DNA of 64,000 nucleotides from Nitrospirales bacterium. Its GTDB lineage: Bacteria; Nitrospirota; Nitrospiria; Nitrospirales; UBA8639. Shown here one piece after another: positions 10,000-20,487 of the stretch. The notes under the pieces are model-generated. The model was not told the origin of the DNA and made no database searches. It saw only the letters and a program-made list of their open reading frames with translations. Every line of letters begins with the position of its first letter. The first letter of the stretch is position 1. The stretch is from the NCBI GenBank assembly GCA_963422365.1, contig OY729426.1, forward strand, positions 2,112,001 to 2,176,000, written 5' to 3'. The position numbers and the translations under genes are program-made.

Positions 10000-10202
10000 C
10001 CGTGTTTTCTCGATTCTGAACTCTGATCGTACCTTACCGCAATGGCTCTCTCATTGGAACACGGCATGGAGGATTTCTGCCAACCCCCTGGAATTCTCTC
10101 TTGACCACAGATCAATTCAGTCACTATGCTCCCACTCCTCTTGCTCTATCTTCAACTCCTCACGGACTTTGCGGACAAGACGCGAACCTCACGGAGCGGC
10201 TC

Positions 10203-10871
10203 ATGACTGTTGCGCTTCCCTTTCGTGAACCACGGTTGGGACAAGATTACTGGATCGAAGACAACATCCTTCCCAATGCCCTTCAAGTGGCGCAACGGTG
10301 TATTGCGAACAGTACCTGGACATTGGGCTCACCCTGGCGTCCGGAGCCTTGGCCTGGTATGAGGGCCCCCAATGCCCTTTTGCCAGAGGAATTGCGTCGC
10401 ATTGAGGAGTGCGTCACACAGCGACTCGGCATCCCGGCACTGCAACCGCAAACCGATTCGGACGTGGGGATCTCCGGCCATAATCATATACAACTTTGTG
10501 GCGGGGCCGAAGGCGTGGCACGTCCTCATGTCGATTCCGCGTCCATTTGCGATTATGCGGCGGTCCTGTACCTCCACCCCAATCCTCCGACTCCTCATGC
10601 AGGCACATCGTTTTATCGGATCCATATGCCGGGAGAAGAACCCGGTGGTAATGTCTGTCCACGGGAACATGAAAGTTTACGAGATATTCCCGGGATGCCT
10701 CAGGAAATAGACCCTACCCTCTTTGAGGAGATTATAGAGGTGTCCTACGTATTCAATCGACTATTGGCCTATAAATCCGACCTGATTCATTCTGCTACTT
10801 CGTATTTTGGGTGGGACACCGAACTCGCTTCAAAACGTATGGCCGTGGTGTTTTTTTGGAAAGTTCTGTGA
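10203..10871 (+). CDS. DUF6445-like / 2OG-Fe(II) oxygenase-fold protein
   Basis: RPHVD, YAAVLYL, GTSFY, FNRLLAY..LIHSA, RMAVVFF; ATG 10203 follows GGAG. Confidence 0.75.
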   Translation: MTVALPFREPRLGQDYWIEDNILPNALQVAQRCIANSTWTLGSPWRPEPWPGMRAPNALLPEELRRIEECVTQRLGIPALQPQTDSDVGISGHNHIQLCGGAEGVARPHVDSASICDYAAVLYLHPNPPTPHAGTSFYRIHMPGEEPGGNVCPREHESLRDIPGMPQEIDPTLFEEIIEVSYVFNRLLAYKSDLIHSATSYFGWDTELASKRMAVVFFWKVL

Positions 10872-10942
10872 GGAAAAGACTCTGTCGAAGGAAAAGGGGA
10901 CAGATGGGTAACAATGCTTGCTCTCTTACCCTGCGAGGATTT

Positions 10943-12625
10943 TTAGTCTGTGGCGTTGAGCATCTCTTCGGCAGCCTTCCTGACTGTTTGCGTAATCGTC
11001 GTTCCTCCTAACATTCGCGCAATTTCTTCTTCTCGATCCTTAGCGTGGAGATATTTGACCGTCGCAACGGTTCGCTGATTCACGCTCTCTTTTTTCACCA
11101 GATACTGGTGGTGGGCGTGGGCTGCAATTTGCGGCAAGTGGGTGATGCACATCACTTGGTGTATTTGCCCCAAGGCTTTGAGGCGTTTGCCCATGGTCGC
11201 AGCCACATTGCCTCCAATTCCCGCATCCACTTCATCGAAAATTAACACGGGCACTTGATCCACACCCGCTAACACCGTTTTGATCGCCAGCATCAGCCGA
11301 GAGAGTTCTCCGCCTGATGCAACCCGCGCTAACGGTTGCAGGTTTTCTCCAGGATTCGCACAAAATTCGAACTCGATCTGATCAATACCATTTGGTCCAA
11401 TGTGTTCGGCTTGAGCGGTCACACTGATCCCAATACGGAATCGTGATTTTTCCATCTTTAATTGGGCCAACTCAGTCGCGATTGGTTTTTCAAGTTTTTT
11501 TGCGACGGCTTGACGAGATTCGGACAGCTTCCGCCCCAAGGCCCATAGGTCATGATAGGCGTGCGAGACTTGTTGCTGAAGATTCTCCATGTGTTCTTCA
11601 AGGTTCTCCCATTCGTCCAATTCAGATTGAATCTGGGTTTGACGAGCCAGTAAGCCCTCCAGCGACTTGCCGTATTTCTTTTTCAACCGTTGCAGGAACG
11701 CTAAACGCTCGTCGATCTGCGCGAGCCTTGTCGGGTCGTGTTCAACCCCATCTTTATAACTTCGGGTGGCCAAAACCAGTTCTTCAACCTGAGCGATACT
11801 GCCATCGGTCAACTCACTCCAATGACGAGTCGTCTCATCGATTATCCCCAACCCATGCATCAGTTTCTTGACTTCCGCTAGTTGGGAAAGGATCGACTCG
11901 TGATTGCGATACAACAGATCATAGGCCTGATTGGCGATTCCCGAAAGCCGACCACTATTCTGCAATTGTCGGTGTTCTCGTAGGAGCGCTTCATCTTCTC
12001 CAGGGATTAATTCGGCCTTCCTTAGTTCATCACGTTGAAAACGTAAAAATTCCTCGCGCTCTCGTCGCTCCTTTGACCGCTGGGTGACGTTTTCCATGGA
12101 CTGGACCAGTTCTTGCCATTGATGATAGTGCGTGGTGTACTCATCACGTAAACTCAGCAGGCCTCCGAATGCATCGAGGACGTGCATTTGTACTTTTGAC
12201 GAAAGGAGAGATTGCTGTTCATGCTGCCCATGAATATCGACCAACCAGCCACCCAATTCCACCATCTGATGCAATGGAACCAAGGTTCCATTCACATACA
12301 TTCGACTCCGTCCTTCACGTGAGAGAACTCGGCGAAGCAAGAGTTCCTGCGTGCCCCCCGGCAGCAGATCCCATTCTTTCAATTTTGTGAGAATCAGGGG
12401 GTGGTCTGATAAGGAGAACACCGCTTCTAACACGGCTTCCTTCGCCTCGCTGCGAATATGCTCGCCCGAGGCGCGTCCGCCTAGCACCAAGATCAAGGCA
12501 TCAACCAGGAGAGACTTTCCGGCTCCGGTCTCTCCCGTAAACACTTGAAAGCCCGGCGAGAACTCAAGTTCGAGGTAGTCAATAAGAGCAAAATGTGAAA
12601 TGCGCAGCTCAGCGAGCATAATCAC
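10943..12625 (-). CDS. recN: DNA repair protein RecN
   Basis: TGETGAGKS, DIHGQHE, ASGGELSR, IFDEVDAGIGG, ITHLPQIA. Confidence 0.98.
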   Translation of the reverse strand: MIMLAELRISHFALIDYLELEFSPGFQVFTGETGAGKSLLVDALILVLGGRASGEHIRSEAKEAVLEAVFSLSDHPLILTKLKEWDLLPGGTQELLLRRVLSREGRSRMYVNGTLVPLHQMVELGGWLVDIHGQHEQQSLLSSKVQMHVLDAFGGLLSLRDEYTTHYHQWQELVQSMENVTQRSKERREREEFLRFQRDELRKAELIPGEDEALLREHRQLQNSGRLSGIANQAYDLLYRNHESILSQLAEVKKLMHGLGIIDETTRHWSELTDGSIAQVEELVLATRSYKDGVEHDPTRLAQIDERLAFLQRLKKKYGKSLEGLLARQTQIQSELDEWENLEEHMENLQQQVSHAYHDLWALGRKLSESRQAVAKKLEKPIATELAQLKMEKSRFRIGISVTAQAEHIGPNGIDQIEFEFCANPGENLQPLARVASGGELSRLMLAIKTVLAGVDQVPVLIFDEVDAGIGGNVAATMGKRLKALGQIHQVMCITHLPQIAAHAHHQYLVKKESVNQRTVATVKYLHAKDREEEIARMLGGTTITQTVRKAAEEMLNATD

Positions 12626-12642
12626 GGCGCATACTCACCATC

Positions 12643-12990
12643 CTAGGCAGTAGCAGGGTGCTGTGTGAGAAGCAAATCAATGACGTGTTTGAATTGGGTT
12701 TTGGGTCTTGCGCCCACTATTTTTTCAACCGGCTGTCCGTTTTTAAAAAAGAGAATCGTGGGAATGCTCATGATTTGAAACTTGCCGGCAATCTCGGGAG
12801 ATTCATCGGTATTGAGTTTCATGACCTTTAATTTTCCCTCGTATTCTTTGGCCAATTCTTCGACGATCGGGGCAACCATCTGACAGGGCCCGCACCAGAC
12901 AGCCCAAAAATCCACCATCACCAATTTATCGGTCTGACCCACCTCAGCTTCCCAATTGATAGCCGTTGCTTGAGCGACGAGTTCGGACAT
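12643..12990 (-). CDS. trxA: Thioredoxin
   Basis: DFWAVWCGPC, SIPT. Confidence 0.97.
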   Translation of the reverse strand: MSELVAQATAINWEAEVGQTDKLVMVDFWAVWCGPCQMVAPIVEELAKEYEGKLKVMKLNTDESPEIAGKFQIMSIPTILFFKNGQPVEKIVGARPKTQFKHVIDLLLTQHPATA

Positions 12991-13116
12991 AGCATCCTCC
13001 TTTTTCCGACAATGACTCCACGATCTCTTTCTATAAAAAATGAAAGGAATCCTAAACGCGTCGCCGAAAGAGTGTCAACTTCCGCGAATGGAAACGGGTG
13101 CCAACCCGCGCCTTTT

Positions 13117-13175
13117 TATCATTCTGAGAGAAGCGAAGAATCTCGCTTGCCTGAACAAAGACAAGCAGATCCTTT
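13117..13175. repeat. Truncated palindromic repeat of TGTCATTCTGAGCGAAGCGAAGAATC type
   Basis: TATCATTCTGAGAGAAGCGAAGAATCTC ... AGATCCTT. Confidence 0.5.
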
Positions 13176-13191
13176 TTGAGTCAGAGTCGCC

Positions 13192-14271
13192 TTACCATTG
13201 CCATTGTTCAGGCACTCCAGCCCACCAATTTTCAGGGTGTGTCTTTTTCCAGGCTTGCACCTCTAACCATAATTGATTCACGCGAGGCTTATCCAGACGG
13301 TTGGCCAGGCCAGCCACCAAATCATATTGTTGCCGGACCCCTTCATGCAGCAGTTCTTTTGCCATCCTATCCAACAGACCAGGAGGATCAACAAGATCCA
13401 GGGTGCCGCGGTCGACCATGGAAAGTGCCAACTGCCCCACCTTGACCCACTCGTCCCGTTTGGCTAACCACTCCAAATACCCATCCAGCGCATGATATAC
13501 ATAAATGAGATGCACGTAACTTTCGACAGAGGGCGATTGATCGACGTTCATTTGGCAGGCTTCAACCGCACGACGGTAATCCCCGGCAGCCAGATACACT
13601 TTGGCCCGGGCCAATGGAGGTTTGTCAACCGGTAGAAAAGACTTTTCTCTATCATTAATTCTTTTTCGTTCAGCTAAATATTCAAAATATTCATTTTCTA
13701 ATGCCTCTAAAACTGCTGGAAAGTCAGGGTGAATATCAGCTAATGTGCCACCTTGACTAGTTGCCTTATCCTCAAGTTTGTGTAAATTAGCAATGTCTCT
13801 CTGTATATTTTTAATTTTAACTCTAACCTTTCCAGTATCTCGTTCTACTCCTTTAGAGTCTGGTGCATATCTATTTATTGGATTTTTTGGATCAAGACCG
13901 CTTATTCCCTTGAAGTAATTTGGAGGCTTTGGGGCTGCACGATTTTTTCTGCGACTTGCAGCAATTTCTTCATCTGTAATATCTCGCATATTATGATCGA
14001 CAAATTGTCTATAAGAATCTGGCGTTTTCTCATTAAAATAATCTTGCTCCCTATTATAAGCATCTGTGTCTCGACGAAACCTATCAAGCTTCTGAATCGA
14101 GCTTTCCGCAACCGAAACACTTGTTCCGGTTAGACACCATCCGAGAAACACCAACAGAAGACTCAGGTGAATCGTTCGAGACTGACACCAAGTCAGCACG
14201 TTCATAACGCCCTCCCCGTCGGTTAAAGTTTCGTCATGCGGTCGAAGACAGAATACTACGTCTCGATCCAT
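13192..14271 (-). CDS. Secreted hypothetical protein with a helical/TPR-like C-terminal domain and an AT-rich central insert
   Basis: Signal peptide (LSLLLVFLGWCLTGTSVSVA); LARAKVYLAAGDYRRAVEAC is TPR-like; ends WWAGVPEQWQW. Confidence 0.75.
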   Translation of the reverse strand: MDRDVVFCLRPHDETLTDGEGVMNVLTWCQSRTIHLSLLLVFLGWCLTGTSVSVAESSIQKLDRFRRDTDAYNREQDYFNEKTPDSYRQFVDHNMRDITDEEIAASRRKNRAAPKPPNYFKGISGLDPKNPINRYAPDSKGVERDTGKVRVKIKNIQRDIANLHKLEDKATSQGGTLADIHPDFPAVLEALENEYFEYLAERKRINDREKSFLPVDKPPLARAKVYLAAGDYRRAVEACQMNVDQSPSVESYVHLIYVYHALDGYLEWLAKRDEWVKVGQLALSMVDRGTLDLVDPPGLLDRMAKELLHEGVRQQYDLVAGLANRLDKPRVNQLWLEVQAWKKTHPENWWAGVPEQWQW

Positions 14272-14303
14272 GAATGCATGAAGCTTAACTTATTCACAAT
14301 GCT

Positions 14304-15047
14304 GTGATAAAAATGCTTAAACCTCGCACGCCATACAGCAGGGATTCAACAATGTACGCTTTGATACTGGTTGTAGGATTGGTCTTCGCATCCTCCCTCG
14401 TGAACGCGGAGCCAGAATCATGGAAGACACTCAATACGGCCGGCATGTTGGCCTATAAAGAACGCAATTTTGTCATGGCCAAAGAGATGTTTCACCGGGC
14501 CTTGAACGTCCTCGGAGGAACAACCGCGCTTGAGCCTCGCATCGCCACAACCCTCAATAATTTAGGCGCAGCCCATGAAGCATTGGGAGAGTACGCACAG
14601 GCAGAACTCCGTTATCGTCATGCTCTTACGATGATTGAAACAATCCAAGGCCCTGATCATCCTGATGTCGTGGTCGGATTAAACAATCTGGCCTCTTTGT
14701 ATTTTTCGCACAGAGCGTTTGCCAAGGCAGAGCCTCTTTGGCAAAGAGGTCTGTCTATCAGCGAAAGTTTTTTGGGAGACACCCACCCCCATCTTATCCA
14801 AACCCTCGTCACCTTAGGACTCGTGACACAGGTACAAAAAAAGTTTGATCGGGCAGAAACCTACTATAGACGCGCCATTCAAATCGGCAAATATTCCTTA
14901 GGCGCTGAACATTCCAGCCTGATTGCCCTCTATGAGCGATATGCCTCATTATTGCGCCAGGCCGACCGTGAAGAGGAAGCACAAGTGGTCGATCGCCAGG
15001 CGGAGACCATTCGAGACACGAATAAACTTTCCTCTCCGCCTGAGTAG
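14304..15047 (+). CDS. Tetratricopeptide repeat protein (secreted)
   Basis: Repeats TLNNLG..GEYAQAE, HPDVVVGLNNLA, HPHL; signal peptide. Confidence 0.9.
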   Translation: MIKMLKPRTPYSRDSTMYALILVVGLVFASSLVNAEPESWKTLNTAGMLAYKERNFVMAKEMFHRALNVLGGTTALEPRIATTLNNLGAAHEALGEYAQAELRYRHALTMIETIQGPDHPDVVVGLNNLASLYFSHRAFAKAEPLWQRGLSISESFLGDTHPHLIQTLVTLGLVTQVQKKFDRAETYYRRAIQIGKYSLGAEHSSLIALYERYASLLRQADREEEAQVVDRQAETIRDTNKLSSPPE

Positions 15048-15151
15048 ACCGGCAGAATGTTGAAATAGACCTGTCCTGCCTGCCCTGCGTGGAACGGAAC
15101 CTGAAGGTTTCTCATCTTGACCACGGGATTCACCCTGGGTAAAATTCAGCT

Positions 15152-15436
15152 ATGGCACGAATTCCGTTTGATCCTCGCTCCTTTGATTCCACGCGCCCCG
15201 GTATGCGGCGCCCCCAACCCGGACCTCGTCAGGCTGATCCGACGGCCCAATTTCGTTCGCTGAATGCTACCCTCTTGTTTTGCCCGAATTGCAAAGAGGC
15301 GACACCGGCACGGGAGCGGCTCTTGCTCGTCCTGCCATCAGGCAACAAATATGAATACGTGTGTTCCTTCTGCGGCACCTCTACCGGCGAAAAAATCGAC
15401 CAGGACCAACAAGCGCCTCCGTTAATTATCCCCTGA
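15152..15436 (+). CDS. Small zinc-ribbon protein
   Basis: CPNC...CSFCG. Confidence 0.7.
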   Translation: MARIPFDPRSFDSTRPGMRRPQPGPRQADPTAQFRSLNATLLFCPNCKEATPARERLLLVLPSGNKYEYVCSFCGTSTGEKIDQDQQAPPLIIP

Positions 15437-15460
15437 CTTTTTTGAAAACCTTCTCACGGT

Positions 15461-17314
15461 TCAGCGGTTTTTTTCAGGAACCGGCAAGCCTTCCATGGCC
15501 ATGATGCGAAGAGCATTGGTGGTAGGACAGGGCCCCGGACGGAGCCGATAGTCGAACTTCAATTGCTTTTCACCGACCGTTTCTTGAAAATGAACGTTGA
15601 CGAGACCTGCCAATTCTTTTTCCAGGTTGGCTAACTCCACGTCATGCGTCGTGACGAGACCCAATCCATATCCGGCGGTCAGCTCGCGAATAAACGCTTC
15701 GCTTCCTACTAATCGTTCTCGATTATTCGTTCCTTTGAACATTTCATCGATGAGAAATAACACCGGAGGCTCACTATTGACGCCCATCGCTACCAACAGA
15801 TTTTTCAGGCGCTTGACTTCAACATAGAAATACGACAGCCCCTCTTCGAGGGTATCCCCAACTCTCATGCAGGTCTGCATTCGCAGCCACGACCATTCCC
15901 AGGATTCGGCACACACCGGTCCTCCGGCCTGCGCTAAGCAGACATTGATCCCAACCGTTCGTAAAAACGTGCTTTTTCCTGACATATTGGAGCCGGTGAC
16001 CAGGAAGACCTGGCCTAAGCCTTTGAGGGTCAAATCATTGTTGATGCGTTGTCGATGGGCAATCAGGGGATGACCGATAGATGTTCCGGAAATGCCGATC
16101 TCGGCAACCTCCCCCTCCGGCCTTCTGTGGGGCCACGTATAGGATGGATTCAAGTAGGCAAACGTGGCAAGAGACATCGCCGCATCAATGGTTGCCAATC
16201 GTTCGATCCAATCCGACAAAACGGGTCGAAGTCGGCTGCAGACCTTCTGCAAATACCACGTCCACGCTAAATCCCAAGGGACCACGATATGCATCGCAAT
16301 ATGAAAGAGTGGATGCGCTTTAAAACTGAGTCCGCTGCAGATTCTCGCAAGTTGTTTAATAGCCGCCGAGGGTTGTCTATCCCAGGCCCTCAACGGTTCG
16401 GTCACGGTCTGAAGCACCGGAAAACGCCGAAACGACCGCTTCTCGAAAATACCGATGACTGCAGCGAGTTTGTCCAACTCCACATGTAAGTCGAGGGTCC
16501 GTTCAAACACATGGCTCAACCGCCCCCCGGCTACGAGCAGCAACAACACGTAGCCCAGAAAGGGAACGATCCAATATCCCGGGCCTCCGCTCACGACCCA
16601 GAAGACGAACAGGAGTATATCGAGGCCAGCCAAGCCACTCGCCAGCAGCAACAGCGGACCTAACTGAGCGACATGCCCGGTATTGCCTAACAGGCTCCAC
16701 AGGCGATCGGCATTGAGGGGGGTGGGACTCATGCATTTCGTTACGAGTTGAATCCGATCTCGTAATCCCTTTAATGGGGTAAGGGCTTGAACGAGTTTCT
16801 GTCGATTTTCCCATTGGTCGAAAGAGCACGGGTACACATGTTGATGCGCCACCCAGTCCATCAGCCTCGTCTGCCCTTCTCGTGATATCGTCGTGTCCAA
16901 CAAACGAAGCAAAGAATACTCCCCGACAAGATCAAGATCAGCACCGTACGGGTGATCAGAGGGTAGACTCATCGTTGTTTCCTGGATACCGTTCCAATCC
17001 ACACGGAGACGAGCCAAACTTCTTTCTTGAATCTCAAGCCACACCCCAAGGCGACGCAACCGGCTTTCCAAGCGGTGATGAACGTGAGCCACCCCCAGAA
17101 AGCAAAGAAGAAACCCCAGAAACGTCCAATTCCCCATGACGAACCATCCAAGGTTGTACACCACGGCGCAAACCGCAATCCCGACAAGCACGAATCCCAT
17201 ACGGCCCCGGCTCAGGGCCAAACTGACATGCCGGCCTTTTTGAAGAAGGCGTGTACCTCGTTCACTGCCGCGGGATATGATACGGTCGCGTTTGTGCTGA
17301 CGGTCATTCATCAT
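15461..17314 (-). CDS. Membrane-anchored MutS-family (domain V) ATPase
   Basis: HPL, VTGSNMSGKSTFLR, SYFYVEVKRL, DEMFKGTN, TTHD; N-terminal TM segments; no mismatch-binding domain. Confidence 0.92.
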   Translation of the reverse strand: MMNDRQHKRDRIISRGSERGTRLLQKGRHVSLALSRGRMGFVLVGIAVCAVVYNLGWFVMGNWTFLGFLLCFLGVAHVHHRLESRLRRLGVWLEIQERSLARLRVDWNGIQETTMSLPSDHPYGADLDLVGEYSLLRLLDTTISREGQTRLMDWVAHQHVYPCSFDQWENRQKLVQALTPLKGLRDRIQLVTKCMSPTPLNADRLWSLLGNTGHVAQLGPLLLLASGLAGLDILLFVFWVVSGGPGYWIVPFLGYVLLLLVAGGRLSHVFERTLDLHVELDKLAAVIGIFEKRSFRRFPVLQTVTEPLRAWDRQPSAAIKQLARICSGLSFKAHPLFHIAMHIVVPWDLAWTWYLQKVCSRLRPVLSDWIERLATIDAAMSLATFAYLNPSYTWPHRRPEGEVAEIGISGTSIGHPLIAHRQRINNDLTLKGLGQVFLVTGSNMSGKSTFLRTVGINVCLAQAGGPVCAESWEWSWLRMQTCMRVGDTLEEGLSYFYVEVKRLKNLLVAMGVNSEPPVLFLIDEMFKGTNNRERLVGSEAFIRELTAGYGLGLVTTHDVELANLEKELAGLVNVHFQETVGEKQLKFDYRLRPGPCPTTNALRIMAMEGLPVPEKNR

Positions 17315-17526
17315 GCTGACCGACGACGGTCCGTACGATAGGGAGTCACGTCACCACACCTCAAGGCTCCTTGCCTCAATCGTGTGAACTTCACCTCTGT
17401 GGAGGCGCGTGAATGGACGGGATTATTCAAAGGCGTCACGGTTCCCAACAAAGTCCCCTCTCATTTCACGCAAGCCGAGTGGGAGGGCAACATGTTTGAA
17501 CACGGGGGAATGGAATGCGTTATTCT

Positions 17527-17925
17527 TTATTCTGGAGACAACCGTCTTGAAGGATTCTCGGGAAGGCTTTCTAAATACTCCAGTAAGGCTCGATAGGCCA
17601 GTTCGCGGACTTTGGCTTTCGTCGCCGGTTCTCCATCCAGACTGCGTTTCAGCCAAACCACATCCTGAACTTGGGCGTTTGCATGATTACACAGCGTCCA
17701 CATGTGATGAAGAAATTCCACCGACAATCCAACTTGCACCCCTTCCGATTCAATGCGATCGTCTAAGATAGCCAAAAGGTCTGAAATAGCTTGATCGGCC
17801 CGATACGGCTTCGAAGCATACCCGAACGCCTTCGTGATGGCCTCCTCTTGTTTAGCCTGCTCAACCAAATCATGCATATACTCTTTCAAGAGTCCGATTT
17901 GTCGACCTGAGAGACGCATGGTCAT
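17527..17925 (-). CDS. Hypothetical protein
   Basis: 132-aa helical-looking ORF, co-oriented with neighbours. Confidence 0.7.
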   Translation of the reverse strand: MTMRLSGRQIGLLKEYMHDLVEQAKQEEAITKAFGYASKPYRADQAISDLLAILDDRIESEGVQVGLSVEFLHHMWTLCNHANAQVQDVVWLKRSLDGEPATKAKVRELAYRALLEYLESLPENPSRRLSPE

Positions 17926-18046
17926 TTCGAGGATAATTCGATTGCACTCCAGCAGGAAGATGCGGATTCCCGTATCTCAACTTCTTGAGATCAGCAAGCG
18001 CATTGCGGACTTCAGCACGTCAACACAGGAGATCGACGGACGTCAA

Positions 18047-18673
18047 CTAGGCCTTGCCTTCGTCTCCCCACAATTCGGCTAAGCGGGCATCGCGTCCACA
18101 GGTGAAACGGTAAAATTTATAGCGAATCGGGTTTTTGCGATAAAAATCTTGATGGTACTCCTCTGCCGGATAAAATTCCGTGGCTGGGGTAATTTCCGTG
18201 ACGATTGGAGCGCTAAAGGTTTTGGGTTGTTCGATTGCCTCTTTCGACGACTCTGCTGATTGACGCTGCTCATCGTTATGATAGAAGATCGCAGGACGAT
18301 ATTGGTTTCCATGATCACAAAATTGCGCATCCGGCGTCGTAGGATCAATATTGCGCCAATAGACGGTTAACAACTCTTGATAACTGATTTTTTGAGGATC
18401 ATACGCAATCTGAACAGCCTCGGCATGTCCCGTTCCTCCGGCAGAGACCTCTTCGTAGGTTGGATTGACAGTCTGCCCGCCCGTATACCCTGACGTTGTG
18501 GAAAGCACGCCATCAAGTTTATCGAACGGGCCTTCCATGCACCAGAAACATCCTCCGGCGAACGTGGCCATTGCATAGTCGCCCTTGGCCATTTCACTTA
18601 TTGACGGACTGTTCATACCGACGAACAGCCACCCCACTAGTACGAGGAAGAGAAAAAATTTGCAGCCTGTCAT
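18047..18673 (-). CDS. msrA: Peptide methionine sulfoxide reductase A, with signal peptide
   Basis: FAGGCFWCME, TGHAE, FYPAEEYHQDFY; AAGGAGG SD. Confidence 0.97.
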   Translation of the reverse strand: MTGCKFFLFLVLVGWLFVGMNSPSISEMAKGDYAMATFAGGCFWCMEGPFDKLDGVLSTTSGYTGGQTVNPTYEEVSAGGTGHAEAVQIAYDPQKISYQELLTVYWRNIDPTTPDAQFCDHGNQYRPAIFYHNDEQRQSAESSKEAIEQPKTFSAPIVTEITPATEFYPAEEYHQDFYRKNPIRYKFYRFTCGRDARLAELWGDEGKA

Positions 18674-18797
18674 TGCCGTGCCTCCTTGATCGGGTGCGAG
18701 GGTGTCTTATTCATTCTACTCCGTGTGGAAAAGGCTGTGCAGATATTTTCTAGGCCCATACCCTTCCTCCATCTTCCATATCCAAGCCTGACGCTCT

Positions 18798-20474
18798 TCA
18801 AAAAACGAGTGAGTCAGGTTGAATATAAAACACCAACACGAATCCGACCAGCACCATCGCCAGCAACGAAACCAGACCGGCGAGACGATTAAGGGGTGCT
18901 GGCAAGCGTATCTGTAGCCAGCGTGCACAGCCCATCAAAACGGCAAGGGCCCCAATCAAGACATGCGTGCTTTGAATAAGAAACTCTTGTTTTCGTTCCA
19001 TCAGCCCATGAGAGTGGGTCAACATGATCATGCCGCCAACGATACACAAAAGAGGAAATACAAATTGGAGGGACTTCCGACCTAATCGTGGTGTTCTCGA
19101 CAGCCACTCGGACCAACCCAACCCGAAGACAACCACCGCAGCGAACCAATGTTGGACGACCTCTGGATTTTGCAAGCTGGCAATAAACCCGATAGATCCC
19201 AACGGCCAATGATCCGGATTGGCAAAAACAAAAATCAGTGCGGATAATCCAAGAAACATGAGTGGCCACAATCGCGCGCATGCCAATCTTCCCAGTTGCT
19301 CAAACAGAGCCACAATGCCCATTGCGAGGATAATCATACCGGAAACGTTATGGTTAAACCGGTCCCAACTCATGTCTTCTTTTTTTCCTATTTCACCGGT
19401 CTTGAGATCAGTCAATTCCGGGGCATTGATCAAAATGCGTTCCGGGCCAAGAAGGTGAGGGAGTTTTGGATCATACATCATCCAGATTTCCGAGAATGTG
19501 ACGGTTTCCTTGTTAACATCAACCGAGGGAGGAAATCCTGCCAGAGAAACCGCCGTAAACAGCAAGACCCCGGCAAGAAGCGTTTCCACTTCAAGACAAG
19601 AAGGAACACGCGAAAACAAGCCTGTCCCCGACGCCTGTCTCTGACATGTCTTATCAGGGGTTTGTAATCGGGGATCATGCGCTTTGCCTGTAGCCCATTG
19701 CCTGGCAGACAGAAAGTTAACGGTAGCTAAAGCCAGCACGCAGACAAACAGCAGGATCTTGACCAAGAGCATGTTGCCGTATCCCGTACCGATCAATCCT
19801 GCCCAACTACCCACGTAATACCACCAGAGAAACACCCCCGGCCCAACGATGAGCCCCACGCATCCCAGCCCTAACGGTGAAAAACGTGCCACCATGGAGG
19901 ACCATCGGCTGGCATGCTTTTTCCGCATCACCCGCCAGAGCCACGTCATGTGGGCCACCCCACCCGCCCAGACCGTCGCTCCACACACATGAACCATAGT
20001 CGCCACCATTAATGATCCTTGATGTTCCAACCGACTGGCCGCATGACTCAGCCATACTTCATTCACCATGAACAAACCGGCCATGAGCAATACCACACCC
20101 CAAGGGAGTCGCCTGGAAACATCTCGCCTGACCCTTGACATCGACCAGGCCAGGCCTACGGCCAACAGGATACCTGATGCCCCAAATTGAAAAAGTCGCG
20201 TTTGCATAAAGGCTTGCAAGCCCAAGGGGCCCAGGACATCGCTCAACGCCGAGACTTTTAACGCCAACTGGAGGACACGTAATCCAGCCATGACACACAT
20301 GCTTAAGACACTCACCCTTAACAGCGCGTCGCTGACAGAATGGACAACGGGGTCCTGATCTTGAATCGGTCTCAGAACCACCAGCGTACATGTAATGCCT
20401 CCAAGGGATAATGACAAGGCAATAAGAGCCACGCCATCCAGCAACCCACTGGTGAATTCAAGAAGTTCCGTCAT
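18798..20474 (-). CDS. copD: CopD-family copper resistance membrane protein with an extra His-rich membrane domain
   Basis: SHAASR, HVCGATVWAGG, RFS, GYGNMLLVKILL; directly downstream of copC. Confidence 0.88.
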   Translation of the reverse strand: MTELLEFTSGLLDGVALIALSLSLGGITCTLVVLRPIQDQDPVVHSVSDALLRVSVLSMCVMAGLRVLQLALKVSALSDVLGPLGLQAFMQTRLFQFGASGILLAVGLAWSMSRVRRDVSRRLPWGVVLLMAGLFMVNEVWLSHAASRLEHQGSLMVATMVHVCGATVWAGGVAHMTWLWRVMRKKHASRWSSMVARFSPLGLGCVGLIVGPGVFLWWYYVGSWAGLIGTGYGNMLLVKILLFVCVLALATVNFLSARQWATGKAHDPRLQTPDKTCQRQASGTGLFSRVPSCLEVETLLAGVLLFTAVSLAGFPPSVDVNKETVTFSEIWMMYDPKLPHLLGPERILINAPELTDLKTGEIGKKEDMSWDRFNHNVSGMIILAMGIVALFEQLGRLACARLWPLMFLGLSALIFVFANPDHWPLGSIGFIASLQNPEVVQHWFAAVVVFGLGWSEWLSRTPRLGRKSLQFVFPLLCIVGGMIMLTHSHGLMERKQEFLIQSTHVLIGALAVLMGCARWLQIRLPAPLNRLAGLVSLLAMVLVGFVLVFYIQPDSLVF

Positions 20475-20487
20475 GAAACGAGATTAT

